Made by a program: the position numbers and the translations under genes
NCBI GenBank assembly: GCA_000635015.1
Contig: JFMR01000114.1
Span: 10,164-74,163 of the forward strand
From: Prochlorococcus sp. scB243_498I20
GTDB lineage: Bacteria; Cyanobacteriota; Cyanobacteriia; PCC-6307; Cyanobiaceae
DNA length: 64,000 nucleotides
Direction: 5' to 3'
In this document: piece by piece, positions 43,288 to 56,056 of the stretch
How the letters are laid out: every line of letters begins with the position of its first letter
How positions within the stretch are numbered: position 1 is the stretch's first letter
The notes under the pieces: generated by a model
The model's database searches: none
The model's input: the letters and a program-made list of their open reading frames with translations, nothing else
What the model was told of the DNA's origin: nothing

Positions 43288-44694
43288 TTAAGTCAATGCT
43301 GAGTTTAATAGCCATTTTGCTGTACTGAGATAAATAAATACACCAGCAATATCAGTTACGGTTGTAATGAAGGGGGAAGACATTAAGGCTGGATCCAATT
43401 TCATTCTGTCAAACAACAAAGGAAGAATCGCTCCAGTTGTAGCAGCTAAAGTTGTTATGAATATCAAACTTATTCCAACTGCAGAGGCGATTAAAGGTCC
43501 TTCTCCTTGCCACCAAGCAAAGGGAAATACTACAAGCATCATGAAAACACCTAAAAGAGCGCCCGTTATTGCCTCCTTAAATACTGCCTTAATAGCACCA
43601 AGAGACTTCAATTTTTGAGTACTTAATCCTCTAATGACAACAGTTGAGCTTTGGGCACCAACGTTTCCCCCAGTACCTATAAGTAGTGGAATAAATGCAG
43701 CTAATAAAACTATTTCTTTTAATATTTGATCATTCATGGCTATAACTTTTGTCGTTAAACCATTTGCTAAAACCAAGATTAATAACCATAAAATTCTTCT
43801 TCGGGCAATCGTAAATAAGCTACTTTGGAAATAATCATCTTCATCACCTGGTTGCACTGCCCCCGCTGCATAAATATCTCTTGTTGCTTCTTGTTCTATG
43901 ACATCTATTAAATCATCAACAGTTACTATCCCGACCAGTCTTTTTTCTTTATCAACGACAGGCAAAGCTAAAAAATCATATCTTTGTATTGCTCTAGCAA
44001 CCTCTTCTTGATTCGTATTAGTAGAAATATTAACTACATCTCTTGTCATAACGTCACCAATTGGCTTAGAAGGATCAGCAGTTACAAGGTCTCTTAAAGA
44101 GAGGATACCAGTTAAATGTCTTTCTTTATCTGTAACATATAAGCTATAGATAGTTTCAGTAAATGGGGCTCTTTTTCTAACTAAAGAAAGAGCCTCAGCT
44201 GCTGTTTGCATCTCTTTAAGGTCTATAAATTCAGTTGTCATTAATCTTCCGGCGGTTTCAGGCTCATATCCAAGTAATTCAGCTGTTACTTTCCTTTCTC
44301 CAGGACTAAGAGCAGACAAAAATTTTCGTACAACCTTTGCAGGTAATTCATCAAAAAGTTGAACTCTATCATCAGGAGACATTTTTTCAACGATTTCTAA
44401 AACCTCTCCTGAGCGAAGTCTTTCTAATAAAGTTTGCTGAACTACTGGATCTAAATATTCATAAACCTCAATTGCCTCATTTTTCTTTAATAATCGAAAT
44501 GCTAATGCCTGCAATATTAGAGGAAGGCTTCCAATAGCATCTGCAATATCAACGGGTTGGGAAGGCTCTAAAAGTAACTTTGCCTCATCATAATTTCCCG
44601 CGATGAGCAATTCCTCAAGTTGAATAGTAATATTTTCTCTTGTACTTAAATCTGAAGATAACGATGTAACTGTTTCAAGATTATTTTCTTTCAT
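43288..44694 (-). CDS. mgtE: Magnesium transporter MgtE
   Basis: CBS pair plus TM domain with GNVGAQ and DPAL.S.P.ITT..D. Confidence 0.96.
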   Translation of the reverse strand: MKENNLETVTSLSSDLSTRENITIQLEELLIAGNYDEAKLLLEPSQPVDIADAIGSLPLILQALAFRLLKKNEAIEVYEYLDPVVQQTLLERLRSGEVLEIVEKMSPDDRVQLFDELPAKVVRKFLSALSPGERKVTAELLGYEPETAGRLMTTEFIDLKEMQTAAEALSLVRKRAPFTETIYSLYVTDKERHLTGILSLRDLVTADPSKPIGDVMTRDVVNISTNTNQEEVARAIQRYDFLALPVVDKEKRLVGIVTVDDLIDVIEQEATRDIYAAGAVQPGDEDDYFQSSLFTIARRRILWLLILVLANGLTTKVIAMNDQILKEIVLLAAFIPLLIGTGGNVGAQSSTVVIRGLSTQKLKSLGAIKAVFKEAITGALLGVFMMLVVFPFAWWQGEGPLIASAVGISLIFITTLAATTGAILPLLFDRMKLDPALMSSPFITTVTDIAGVFIYLSTAKWLLNSALT

Positions 44695-44737
44695 AAATAT
44701 AATCCCTTATCAAAGTAACAACACCATTATATGAAAT

Positions 44738-45067
44738 CTAAGTAATTTTTCTACTTATCCAGAACCCGAAAAGCATTGTGAATAAATTTACGATAATGAT
44801 TAAATTAAAAAAAATTAAAAATTTTATCCAGTCCCCTTGATTTAAAATTTTGTACAAAAAATATATAAATCCGCTGAAGGATGTAAAGCAGGAAAAAAAA
44901 CCACTCAATAAAATTTTTTCAGTTGAATAACTTAATCTTTTACTGACAAAAAAACCCACTAAAAATGATCCAATTATTGAAATAAAAAAATTATTATTTA
45001 TTGTTAATCTTAAAAAAGTAGCTAGATAAGCCGCTAAAAAAATATAAATAAAATTATTTATTTTCAC
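44738..45067 (-). CDS. crcB: Fluoride channel CrcB/Fluc paralog
   Basis: N..GSF..G and GFFSCFTSFS motifs. Confidence 0.75.
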   Translation of the reverse strand: MKINNFIYIFLAAYLATFLRLTINNNFFISIIGSFLVGFFVSKRLSYSTEKILLSGFFSCFTSFSGFIYFLYKILNQGDWIKFLIFFNLIIIVNLFTMLFGFWISRKIT

Positions 45068-45068
45068 T

Positions 45069-45434
45069 TTAAAAAAACTGAATAAAAAAATAACCCAAAT
45101 AAAAGAAAAGAAATGAAAAAATTATCACTTCAATATAGTGGAAAAATAATCTTAGGTATTTTCTCTTTTTAAATAAGATAAATAATTGATATATAAATGA
45201 AGAAAATGTACTAAAACATCCTAAAAAACCACTGTAAAATAAAACTAAAATTTCGTTATTCAAGAAATTTAAAGCTACTAAAATTCCTAAAAAAAAAGAT
45301 GATAAAAAATTTACTATTGAAGTATTCTGAATATCAAAACCAATACTTTTTTTAAAATTATTTTGTATAAATATTCTCAGTATTGTTCCAAAAGTACTGC
45401 CGATTAAAATTATACTTATTGAACTAAAATCCAA
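45069..45434 (-). CDS. crcB: Fluoride channel CrcB/Fluc
   Basis: G.ILR, VNFLSSFFLG, GFLGCFSTFSSF. Confidence 0.85.
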   Translation of the reverse strand: MDFSSISIILIGSTFGTILRIFIQNNFKKSIGFDIQNTSIVNFLSSFFLGILVALNFLNNEILVLFYSGFLGCFSTFSSFIYQLFILFKKRKYLRLFFHYIEVIIFSFLFFYLGYFFIQFF

Positions 45435-45437
45435 AAT

Positions 45438-47731
<2,294 letters not shown>

Positions 47732-47881
47732 TTAATATAAAAAAAATACTAAACTTTTAAAATGTTATGTTTAAAAGGTCTTTCATTAAACTTACCACCA
47801 CAATAAAGTAAAGGCTCGAAGTCAATGAAAAAATTAATCACTTTAATTATATAGCTAATATTTTTTTCTTCAGAAATTCAT

Positions 47882-48781
47882 ATGTCTTCAAATCCACCTC
47901 ATGTAATAATTTTAATTGGGCCAACTGCAAGTGGCAAAACAGAATTAGCTCTTGAAATTGCAGAATACTTTAAAACTAATATACACAATATCGATTCAAG
48001 GCAAATATATAAGTCCATGGATATTGGAACAGCCAAGCCATCTAAAATTCAACAAGAAAAAATAAAACATTTTTTAATAGATATTGAAGAACCAATCAAT
48101 CCAATTAATGTCAAACAATTTCAAGAAATTGCTCAAATATCTATTAGCAGAGAAATTAAACAAGATAATTTACCTTTTCTTGTTGGAGGAAGTGGGTTGT
48201 ATATGAACTCAATAACAAAAGGGTTTTTTGTACCAGATGTCCCTCCTCAAAATAATTTAAGAAAACAATTAGAAGAACTTGGTCAGGAAAAATGTTGGGA
48301 ACTGTTAAAAAATTGTGATCCATTATCAACAAAAACAATCAATTGTGCTGACCACATTCGAACAATAAGAGCTTTAGAAGTCTTCTATGTAAAAGGTAAG
48401 CCTTTGTCAACTCTGAAAGTTCAGAAACCACCTAATTGGAAAATATTAGAGCTCGGATTAGACAGAAATAATTTAAAGGAGAGAATTTTTCAAAGAACAA
48501 AAAATATGTTTTTATCTGGAATTATTGAGGAGACGAAGCACCTTATCTCTAAATACGGATTTGATTTGCCAATATTAGAAACAATTGGTTATCGAGAAGC
48601 TAAGGATGTTTTAAATAACCGTTCAACAATTGAAAAAGCGATTGAGTTAACTACGACAAAAACGATTCAATTCGCAAAAAGACAAAAAACTTGGTTTCGT
48701 AATAAAAATAATCCTATTTGGCTTAATAACAAAAACCTTCTAAAAGATGCAATAATTAAGATAGAGTCTTTTTTAAGCTAA
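47882..48781 (+). CDS. miaA: tRNA dimethylallyltransferase
   Basis: [39 protein letters not shown]. Confidence 0.97.
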   Translation: MSSNPPHVIILIGPTASGKTELALEIAEYFKTNIHNIDSRQIYKSMDIGTAKPSKIQQEKIKHFLIDIEEPINPINVKQFQEIAQISISREIKQDNLPFLVGGSGLYMNSITKGFFVPDVPPQNNLRKQLEELGQEKCWELLKNCDPLSTKTINCADHIRTIRALEVFYVKGKPLSTLKVQKPPNWKILELGLDRNNLKERIFQRTKNMFLSGIIEETKHLISKYGFDLPILETIGYREAKDVLNNRSTIEKAIELTTTKTIQFAKRQKTWFRNKNNPIWLNNKNLLKDAIIKIESFLS

Positions 48782-48834
48782 CTTTATCAAAATAGATTTT
48801 ATTCATCATCCCATCAAATTATTAAATTAACTGA

Positions 48835-49407
48835 ATGCCTCCACGCCCACGTTTTGATCGCCGAGCTCCCGTTAGAGAGCTACCAAATATAAATGAAAGA
48901 ATAAAATACCCTCAATTAAGAGTTGTCGATTCAGATGGAAAACAATTAGGTGTTATAGATAGAATAAAAGCATTAGAAATAGCATCTCAAAGAGAACTTG
49001 ATTTAGTATTGGTGAGCGAAAAAGCAAATCCTCCCGTTTGCAGAATAATGGACTACGGAAAATATAAATTTGAACAAGAAAAGAAAGCTAAAGAAGCAAG
49101 GAAAAAATCCCATCAAACAGAAGTCAAAGAAGTAAAAATGAGGTATAAAATTGACAAGCATGATTATGATGTTCGCATAGGTCAAGCTACTAAATTTCTA
49201 AAATCGGGAGACAAAGTAAAATGTACTGTGATTTTTAGAGGTAGAGAAATTCAACACTCAAATTTAGCTGAAACACTTCTTTTGAAAATGGCTAATGATT
49301 TAGAAGAGCAATCAGAAGTTCAACAAAAACCAAAAAGAGAAGGGAGAAACATGATTATGTTTTTAAGCCCTCGAAAAACTCCTCTCGTTAAAAAAGATGA
49401 TGGGTGA
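48835..49407 (+). CDS. infC: Translation initiation factor IF-3
   Basis: [21 protein letters not shown]. Confidence 0.97.
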   Translation: MPPRPRFDRRAPVRELPNINERIKYPQLRVVDSDGKQLGVIDRIKALEIASQRELDLVLVSEKANPPVCRIMDYGKYKFEQEKKAKEARKKSHQTEVKEVKMRYKIDKHDYDVRIGQATKFLKSGDKVKCTVIFRGREIQHSNLAETLLLKMANDLEEQSEVQQKPKREGRNMIMFLSPRKTPLVKKDDG

Positions 49408-49484
49408 TAAATTGTTATCTAAAAACTATGACAAATGTTAAAGTGTCACTATGAACAAAATAAATTAGTAAAGGTTTTTAGAAA

Positions 49485-50471
49485 GTGAGATTCCATATTC
49501 AACAAGAAAGTGATATCCCAGCATCTACTCAACTATATAATCAAATTTGTTTTGCAATTGCAGCAAGACATTATCCTCCAGGCCACAGGCTTCCAAGCAC
49601 TAGGCAACTTGCAATGCAGACTGGACTCCATCGAAATACTATAAGCAAAGTATACAGACAATTAGAAATAGATGGAGTTGTTGAAGCAATAGCTGGTTCG
49701 GGTATCTATGTAAGAGATAATCTTTCTAAAAGAGAATTTAAAAAATCAGATTACTCAAAAAATAAGATAAGTAAACAACCAGATCAAGAAGCAAAGAAGA
49801 TTATTGACAGCTTAATAAATCTCGGATGCTCTTTACAAGAAACAAGAGAAATATTGACCAATGAAATTGATTGGCGTATTAAGTGCGGATCAAGAATCAT
49901 AGTCAGTACTCCAAGAGAAGATATAGGCGCTTCAATGTTAATAGCAGAAGACCTTTCTAAAACAATTAATGTTCCAGTAGAAGTTGTTCCTATGGAAGAA
50001 TTAGAAAAAGTTTTGAGTAATTCTAATAATGGTACAATTGTCACAAGCAGATATTTTATTCAGCCTCTAGAAAAAGTTGCTAAGCAACATGAAGTGCGTG
50101 CTATTGCTGTTGACCTGAGCGATTTCCAAAAGGAATTAAAAATACTCAAGGAATTAAATGCTGGAAGTTGTGTAGGTATTGTTAGCATAAGTCCTGGTTT
50201 ATTGAGAGCAGCAGAAGTCATAATCCACAGCATGCGAGGAGATGAATTAATTCTTATGACGGCAGTATCAGACAATAACAGTAGATTGCTATCACTTTTA
50301 AAGGCTTCGAACCATATAGTGTGTGATGGACCTAGTTTGTCAGTTGTAGAAAACACATTATTAAAAAATCGTTCTCAGTTGATGAGATTACCTCAAATAA
50401 TATGTGCTAAAAATTATTTAAGTATCGAAACAATAAATCAATTAAAAAAAGAAATAGGTGTTATTTGTTAG
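49485..50471 (+). CDS. GntR-family regulator (cyanobacterial PlmA-type)
   Basis: N-terminal wHTH LPSTRQLA...HRNTISKVYRQLE; long C-terminal domain; GTG start. Confidence 0.85.
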   Translation: MRFHIQQESDIPASTQLYNQICFAIAARHYPPGHRLPSTRQLAMQTGLHRNTISKVYRQLEIDGVVEAIAGSGIYVRDNLSKREFKKSDYSKNKISKQPDQEAKKIIDSLINLGCSLQETREILTNEIDWRIKCGSRIIVSTPREDIGASMLIAEDLSKTINVPVEVVPMEELEKVLSNSNNGTIVTSRYFIQPLEKVAKQHEVRAIAVDLSDFQKELKILKELNAGSCVGIVSISPGLLRAAEVIIHSMRGDELILMTAVSDNNSRLLSLLKASNHIVCDGPSLSVVENTLLKNRSQLMRLPQIICAKNYLSIETINQLKKEIGVIC

Positions 50472-50477
50472 ACCAAA

Positions 50478-51212
50478 ATGCTAAGAACTTTTAAATCAGA
50501 TATAGAAATTATCAAAGAGAGAGATCCTGCTGCTAGAGGAATAATAGAGATATTTCTTTGCTACCCAGGCTTTCAATCCATAGTTATCCATAGGTTTACA
50601 CATAGATTATGGAAATTAAAGATTCCTTTGATCCCCCGCTTGTTAAGTCATACCAATAGACTCTTAACAGGCATTGAAATACATCCTGGAGCCAAAATTG
50701 GTAAACGTGTTTTCATAGATCACGGAATGGGAGTTGTAATTGGAGAAACTGCGGAGATAGGAAATAATTGTCTGCTATATCAGGGAGTCACACTAGGAGG
50801 AACTGGTAAAAGTCATGGGAAAAGACACCCCACCTTAATGGAAAATGTTGTAGTTGGAGCGGGTGCGAAAGTACTTGGATCCATCACGGTAGGATCTAAT
50901 ACCCGTATTGGAGCTGGTTCAGTAGTTGTTCGAAATGTAGAGGGAAATAGTACTGTGGTTGGAGTTCCTGGCAGAGTAGTGCATCAAAGTGGTGTTAAAG
51001 TAAACCCTTTAGCTCACTCTGCCTTACCAGATGCAGAAGCTAATGTGATAAAAAATTTAATGGATAGGATAGATTCTCTTGAAAATGAAATTCTTAAATT
51101 ACAAAAAACAATACAATGTATAGCTAGCTCTGAATCTATTGATATTTCTAAACTCGGTGATTCTCAAAATCTCAAAGATAAAGAGATTTTTGAATTTCTT
51201 GGAGATGATTAA
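50478..51212 (+). CDS. cysE: Serine O-acetyltransferase
   Basis: RDPAA, TGIEIHPGA, QGVTLGGTG, RHPT, VVGVPG. Confidence 0.96.
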   Translation: MLRTFKSDIEIIKERDPAARGIIEIFLCYPGFQSIVIHRFTHRLWKLKIPLIPRLLSHTNRLLTGIEIHPGAKIGKRVFIDHGMGVVIGETAEIGNNCLLYQGVTLGGTGKSHGKRHPTLMENVVVGAGAKVLGSITVGSNTRIGAGSVVVRNVEGNSTVVGVPGRVVHQSGVKVNPLAHSALPDAEANVIKNLMDRIDSLENEILKLQKTIQCIASSESIDISKLGDSQNLKDKEIFEFLGDD

Positions 51213-51220
51213 ATATTGAT

Positions 51221-54052
51221 TTAATTTTTTTCATTAATGTCAGTTTTAGGTTGAAACATAAACATTGAATAAATAACATTTCGTCTCATATTAGTCATCA
51301 TTTCGAGAAACATGTCATATCCTTCGTTTTTATATTCGATTAATGGATCTTTTTGACCATAACCTCTCAATCCGACTGATTCTCTCAAGGAATCCATGGA
51401 TTGAAGATGTTCTCGCCATAAATTATCTATTTGCTGCAAAATGAAAAATCTTTCAGCTTCTCTCATTAATCCTGGTCGAATCTTTTCTATTTGTGATTCC
51501 TTTAAATCATAAGCTATGCGCAACTGCTCTTGAAGGTAATTTTTTAATTCTTCTATTGACAGTAAATTAATATCATCAGATTTAAGATCATCTAATAAGT
51601 ATATAAATTCTTTGACTTTAGAAATTAATTGATCAATATTCCATTCTTCAGGGGGAAGATCAGGATTAATATAAGCATCTACAATTTCAATCATTGTCCT
51701 TTCTCCATATCCTATTACTTGTCTCTTTAAATCAATTCCTTTCAATACTCTTAGTCTTTCTCCATAAACTGCTTTTCTTTGATTATTCATTACCTCGTCG
51801 TATTCAAAAACTTGTTTTCTAATATCGTAATAGTAGGTTTCAACTTTCTTTTGAGCACTTTCTAGAGACCTAGTAAGCATTCCTGACTCAATAGGCATAT
51901 CTTCATCAACTCTAAAGGCGTTCATTAGGTTTGCTACTCTATCTCCTCCAAAAATCCTTAATAAATTATCATCTAAAGATAAAAAGAATCTTGTACTTCC
52001 AAGATCACCTTGTCTTCCTGCTCTACCTCTAAGTTGATTATCTACTCTTCTTGATTCATGTCGCTCAGTACCAATGACATGTAAACCGCCAGCTTCTCTT
52101 ACTTTTTCTTCCTCATGAATCAAAACTTCTTCATATTCTTTTTTTACGTCAGACAAAGATTCTCTCAAAAGCTTTATCAAGTTATCATCAGTTGGTGCTT
52201 TTTCTGCAGCTGTAGCTATCCTGTCATCAAGCTCCAAGACAGAAAGTTGTCTTTCGCCCCAATTTTTAACAAGTTCATCAGACAAAAGAGAGAGTTTCTT
52301 TTCAATTGCTTCATCTAATTTGCAAGGGAAAAGGCTTGTTGAAGAATTTGAAATGTTCTTTTTAAGATTTGAACCAGCTTTTGTAGAAAAACCACCCTTA
52401 GATTTTGAATTTCTTTGTTTAGGTATTGGTGGCTTATGCTCATTATCAGGTTTGACTAACAAAGGAATTAAAATTTCTTTCAATTTAAGCCTTGCCATAT
52501 AGTCACTATTACCGCCAAGTATTATATCTGTTCCCCTTCCAGCCATATTAGTTGCAATAGTAACAGCACCTGCTCTTCCTGCCTGAGCAACAATTTCTGC
52601 CTCACGTTCAACGTTCTCTGGCTTAGCGTTTAACAAATTATGTGGGATTTTTTCTTCTGATAAAAGTGAACTTAATAATTCACTTTTTTCAACACTTGTT
52701 GTACCAACTAAAACAGGTCTGCCCTCTCTATGAATTTGCGCAGTTTCTTTAGCAACGGCTTTCCATTTACCAATCTCTGTCTTAAATACTTGATCAGACC
52801 AATCTTGTCTCTTTCTTATTTGATTTGTCGGTATAACTGTTGATTCTAATTTATAAGTTTTTTCAAATTCAACCTCCTCAGTTTTTGCAGTTCCCGTCAT
52901 TCCTGCTAAACCAGGATATAAAAGGAAAAAATTCTGATAAGTTATGGATGCTAATGTTTGAGTCTCAGGCTGAATTGGAAGACTCTCTTTCGCTTCTATT
53001 GCCTGATGTTGTCCATCACTCCAACGTCTTCCTGGCATTACCCTACCAGTAAATTCGTCCACTATGACAGCCTCATCGTTCTTAATAATATAATTAACAT
53101 CTTTAATAAATAATTCTTTGGCTTTTAAAGCATTAGTTATGTAGTGCGCCCAAGGATCTTGAGGATTATATAAATCATTAACACCCAAATACTCTTCACA
53201 TTTTGCAAAACCCTGATCAGTTAATATACAACTTCTCTGTTTTTCATCAACTTCATAATCGCCTTCTGGATCAATACCATCTTTACTTAATTCTTTTGCT
53301 TTGACTAATGCAAGAGATAATTCTGCAGCCTTTTGATATTTTTCTTGTGGTCTTTCAACTTGGCCAGAAATGATTAGAGGCGTTCTTGCTTCATCAATTA
53401 ATATTGAATCAACCTCATCAATGACACAATAATTAAATTTTCTTTGAACTACCTCACTAATATCAGTAGCCATATTATCTCTTAAATAATCAAATCCTAA
53501 TTCTGAATTTGTTGCATAAGTTATATCACAATCATAATTTTTCTTTCTATCAACTGGATTCATATCTTGCTGAATCAAACCAACGGATAAACCTAAAAAA
53601 CGATGAACTTGTCCCATCCACTCTGCATCCCTTCTAGCTAAATAATCATTGACAGTAACAACGTGAACCCCTTTCCCAGTTAGAGCATTTAAAAAACATG
53701 GTAATGTTGCGACAAGAGTTTTTCCCTCTCCAGTCTTCATCTCAGCAATTTGATTCTCATTTAAAACCATCCCACCTATTAACTGAACATCAAAGTGTCT
53801 CATATCAAGAACACGTTTACTTGCTTCTCTTACTATTGCAAAGGCTTTAGGAAGAAATTCTTTTAGGAGTTCTTTTTGTTTTTTAAAATCTAATTCTGCT
53901 GAAATATTTGATTTAAGATTTTGAGTTTCTTTTCTAAGCTCATCATCAGTCAATTGAGAAATTTCTTCTTCTAAAAAATTTATCTCGTCAACTATTGGTT
54001 GATAGCGCTTTAACTTTCGTGTATTCGGATCTCCCAACAAAAGTTTTAGCAT
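51221..54052 (-). CDS. secA: Preprotein translocase subunit SecA
   Basis: [47 protein letters not shown]. Confidence 0.98.
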   Translation of the reverse strand: MLKLLLGDPNTRKLKRYQPIVDEINFLEEEISQLTDDELRKETQNLKSNISAELDFKKQKELLKEFLPKAFAIVREASKRVLDMRHFDVQLIGGMVLNENQIAEMKTGEGKTLVATLPCFLNALTGKGVHVVTVNDYLARRDAEWMGQVHRFLGLSVGLIQQDMNPVDRKKNYDCDITYATNSELGFDYLRDNMATDISEVVQRKFNYCVIDEVDSILIDEARTPLIISGQVERPQEKYQKAAELSLALVKAKELSKDGIDPEGDYEVDEKQRSCILTDQGFAKCEEYLGVNDLYNPQDPWAHYITNALKAKELFIKDVNYIIKNDEAVIVDEFTGRVMPGRRWSDGQHQAIEAKESLPIQPETQTLASITYQNFFLLYPGLAGMTGTAKTEEVEFEKTYKLESTVIPTNQIRKRQDWSDQVFKTEIGKWKAVAKETAQIHREGRPVLVGTTSVEKSELLSSLLSEEKIPHNLLNAKPENVEREAEIVAQAGRAGAVTIATNMAGRGTDIILGGNSDYMARLKLKEILIPLLVKPDNEHKPPIPKQRNSKSKGGFSTKAGSNLKKNISNSSTSLFPCKLDEAIEKKLSLLSDELVKNWGERQLSVLELDDRIATAAEKAPTDDNLIKLLRESLSDVKKEYEEVLIHEEEKVREAGGLHVIGTERHESRRVDNQLRGRAGRQGDLGSTRFFLSLDDNLLRIFGGDRVANLMNAFRVDEDMPIESGMLTRSLESAQKKVETYYYDIRKQVFEYDEVMNNQRKAVYGERLRVLKGIDLKRQVIGYGERTMIEIVDAYINPDLPPEEWNIDQLISKVKEFIYLLDDLKSDDINLLSIEELKNYLQEQLRIAYDLKESQIEKIRPGLMREAERFFILQQIDNLWREHLQSMDSLRESVGLRGYGQKDPLIEYKNEGYDMFLEMMTNMRRNVIYSMFMFQPKTDINEKN

Positions 54053-54225
54053 AAGTCAAAGTCCTTAAAAAATTTATCTAATAACAAACATTATAAATTA
54101 GTGCGTTACAACAGAATGAAGAAAACTATTATCTCTTTATTTTATAGAAACGATCGATTAATGTATTTAGATTGAAGTCAAAAAAATACCTTGCTGACAT
54201 CACTTTTCAAAAATCTTATTCATAA

Positions 54226-54681
54226 ATGAAAGAAATATCTCTAATCAAACATGCTAAAGGAGCTTTAGGATTAAGGTTTTTTGGATTAGGTCCTAATCTT
54301 AAACCAACAAACGGATTAATTAAGCTACAAAAATTACTAGATACCAATGCTTTTTGGGCAAAAAATAGAACAATTAATGATCTAAAAATATGTCTTGCTA
54401 ACAGTGATGTCGTAATAAGTCTTTGGGTTGGCAAGGAAATAGTTGGTTTTGGTAGAGCTTTAACCGATGGTATTTACCGCGGAGTGCTTTGGGATATTGT
54501 TATAGATCAAAATCACCAAGGCAAAGGTTTCGGTACATTAATTCTAAACAATCTTTTATCTTCCAAAAAAATTAAAAACACAAAAAAATTGTATTTAATG
54601 ACAACAAATAAAAAATTATTTTATTCTCAATTTGATTTTAAAGAAGTAACTTCTCAAAATTTATTGATTCGTGAAATATAA
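54226..54681 (+). CDS. GNAT family N-acetyltransferase
   Basis: GFGRALTDG...WDIVID..HQGKGFG motif A. Confidence 0.9.
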   Translation: MKEISLIKHAKGALGLRFFGLGPNLKPTNGLIKLQKLLDTNAFWAKNRTINDLKICLANSDVVISLWVGKEIVGFGRALTDGIYRGVLWDIVIDQNHQGKGFGTLILNNLLSSKKIKNTKKLYLMTTNKKLFYSQFDFKEVTSQNLLIREI

Positions 54682-54708
54682 AGCACTCTGTTTATGAAGA
54701 AAACAAAA

Positions 54709-55140
54709 TCAAGATACAAATTTAGTATAAAGCCATCTTATAAAAGGTCCTAAAATAGGAACTGGTCCAAAAGTTGGGCCGCAAAAATCAAAGTAATCTC
54801 TGTGCTCTTTTATTAATCCATTTTCACCAAATAATAAACGTGTAGTTCCTGGATAAATAAATTCTTTACCCATAATTTTTAAACCCATTGTCCATTCAAC
54901 AAATCCACAATCACCAGTTATGGAAATTGCATGAGTTTCTAAAAAAACATCATCACATCTCTTAACTAGTTTTTCTTGAGCTTTAATATAAGAATCTAAC
55001 CCCTTTGTTTCTTGAGTTGGGTCTGTAAAAATAACATTCTCATTATAAAATTCAGCCCATTTTTGTTTTGTTGGTGCATCTGTACCATAAGGTTTAGTAA
55101 ATAATCCTTTTAAATCCTCAATAGAAATTACTCTTGTCAT
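54709..55140 (-). CDS. NTF2/SnoaL-like family protein
   Basis: FY.ENV.FTDP, HRDYFD motifs; start at internal ATG. Confidence 0.88.
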   Translation of the reverse strand: MTRVISIEDLKGLFTKPYGTDAPTKQKWAEFYNENVIFTDPTQETKGLDSYIKAQEKLVKRCDDVFLETHAISITGDCGFVEWTMGLKIMGKEFIYPGTTRLLFGENGLIKEHRDYFDFCGPTFGPVPILGPFIRWLYTKFVS

Positions 55141-55184
55141 TACTAAATTGAATTGGAGATATCCTAAAGGATACAAACATGAAA

Positions 55185-55228
55185 AGCGGATGAAGAGATT
55201 CGAACTCTCGACATTCTCCTTGGCAAGG
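55185..55228 (-). repeat. 3' half of tRNA-Gly(GCC) (att junction)
   Basis: Reverse complement CCTTGCCAAGGAGAATGTCGAGAGTTCGAATCTCTTCATCCGCT; no D-arm or 5' acceptor strand upstream. Confidence 0.9.
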
Positions 55229-55299
55229 GGCTACACTTACCCTAAAAAGAAAGTCATACCAACTACTTTACACTATATTATTACTATATATTAACGAAG

Positions 55300-55320
55300 T
55301 AGTGCAGATATTAGTGCAGA
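55300..55320 (+). repeat. Direct repeat TAGTGCAGA x2 (12-bp period), putative arm sites
   Basis: Seen directly, ~70 bp inside the tRNA-Gly junction. Confidence 0.6.
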
Positions 55321-55407
55321 AGCCCAATTTTCGTCTTTATATACTTATCGTAGCTATACCAATCTAACTGGCTAATTTTTTAAGTATATTTAGCGCTACT
55401 AATTAAT

Positions 55408-55433
55408 AAAAAAGGGGGAAGCTCCACACCCCC
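55408..55433 (-). terminator. Putative intrinsic terminator
   Basis: Minus strand GGGGG-tgtggagctt-CCCCC followed by TTTTTT; short stem, long loop. Confidence 0.45.
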
Positions 55434-55546
55434 TATAAGTTAGCAGATTGCAGTAATAGCAACAGTTTTATTATATACTCTATTTATAAATAAGGTTATA
55501 TTAAAAGTGTATAATTTATATTCTTTCCTCTAGCTTAATTTTCTAG

Positions 55547-55888
55547 ATGCGTAAAAGAGCAACTAAACAAGAAATTGAATTAAGAGTTGCACATGCTGCT
55601 GAATTAGTTGCTGAAGGGCAGGCATATTCATCTATTACTTCCCATATTGCCGCAAAATATGGCATCTCAAGAAGAAGAGCCAGGCAGATCACTTCTAATG
55701 CTTATCTTTTGCTGAAAGATGATATTGAAAAAGGGGACTTAAATCGTCCTGAAATGACAGCAAAATTAGTATGTACTTTAGAAAATGCAATGTATAAAGC
55801 AATGCGAGAAAAACAATATTCTGCAGTTGCAAGTAATGCAAAAGTTCTTATGAAATTAATAGGGTTGGAAGCAAAAATAAAAAGTTAG
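55547..55888 (+). CDS. Mobile-element hypothetical protein with HTH (terminase small subunit-like, tentative)
   Basis: Predicted HTH (SHIAAKYGISRRRARQI) and C-terminal YKAM...A.VL.KLIGL helices; stop abuts tRNA-Pro fragment. Confidence 0.7.
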   Translation: MRKRATKQEIELRVAHAAELVAEGQAYSSITSHIAAKYGISRRRARQITSNAYLLLKDDIEKGDLNRPEMTAKLVCTLENAMYKAMREKQYSAVASNAKVLMKLIGLEAKIKS

Positions 55889-55889
55889 A

Positions 55890-55939
55890 GCGGGTGCTTT
55901 GGGAGCACTAGGTCGCAGGTTCGAATCCTGTCGCCCCGA
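55890..55939 (+). repeat. 3' two-thirds of tRNA-Pro(TGG) (att fragment)
   Basis: GCG-GGTGC-TTTGGGA-GCACT-AGGTC-GCAGG-TTCGAAT-CCTGT-CGCCCCGA; 5' acceptor/D-arm absent. Confidence 0.9.
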
Positions 55940-55987
55940 TCAGTTATAGCAATGGATTACAAATATTCGAGTTAGTCTTATATTGAG

Positions 55988-56011
55988 AAAGGAGCGCTAA
56001 AAGGAGCGCTA
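55988..56011 (+). repeat. Perfect 12-bp tandem repeat AAAGGAGCGCTA x2, putative arm sites
   Basis: Seen directly, ~50 bp downstream of tRNA-Pro fragment. Confidence 0.7.
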
Positions 56012-56056
56012 GGGTTATGTACTTTGTATATACTTGTGCCTTACATTTACAGGAAA

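Noticed and set aside
44738-45434. Tandem crcB paralogs
   Set aside because: Paired Fluc genes are a common arrangement
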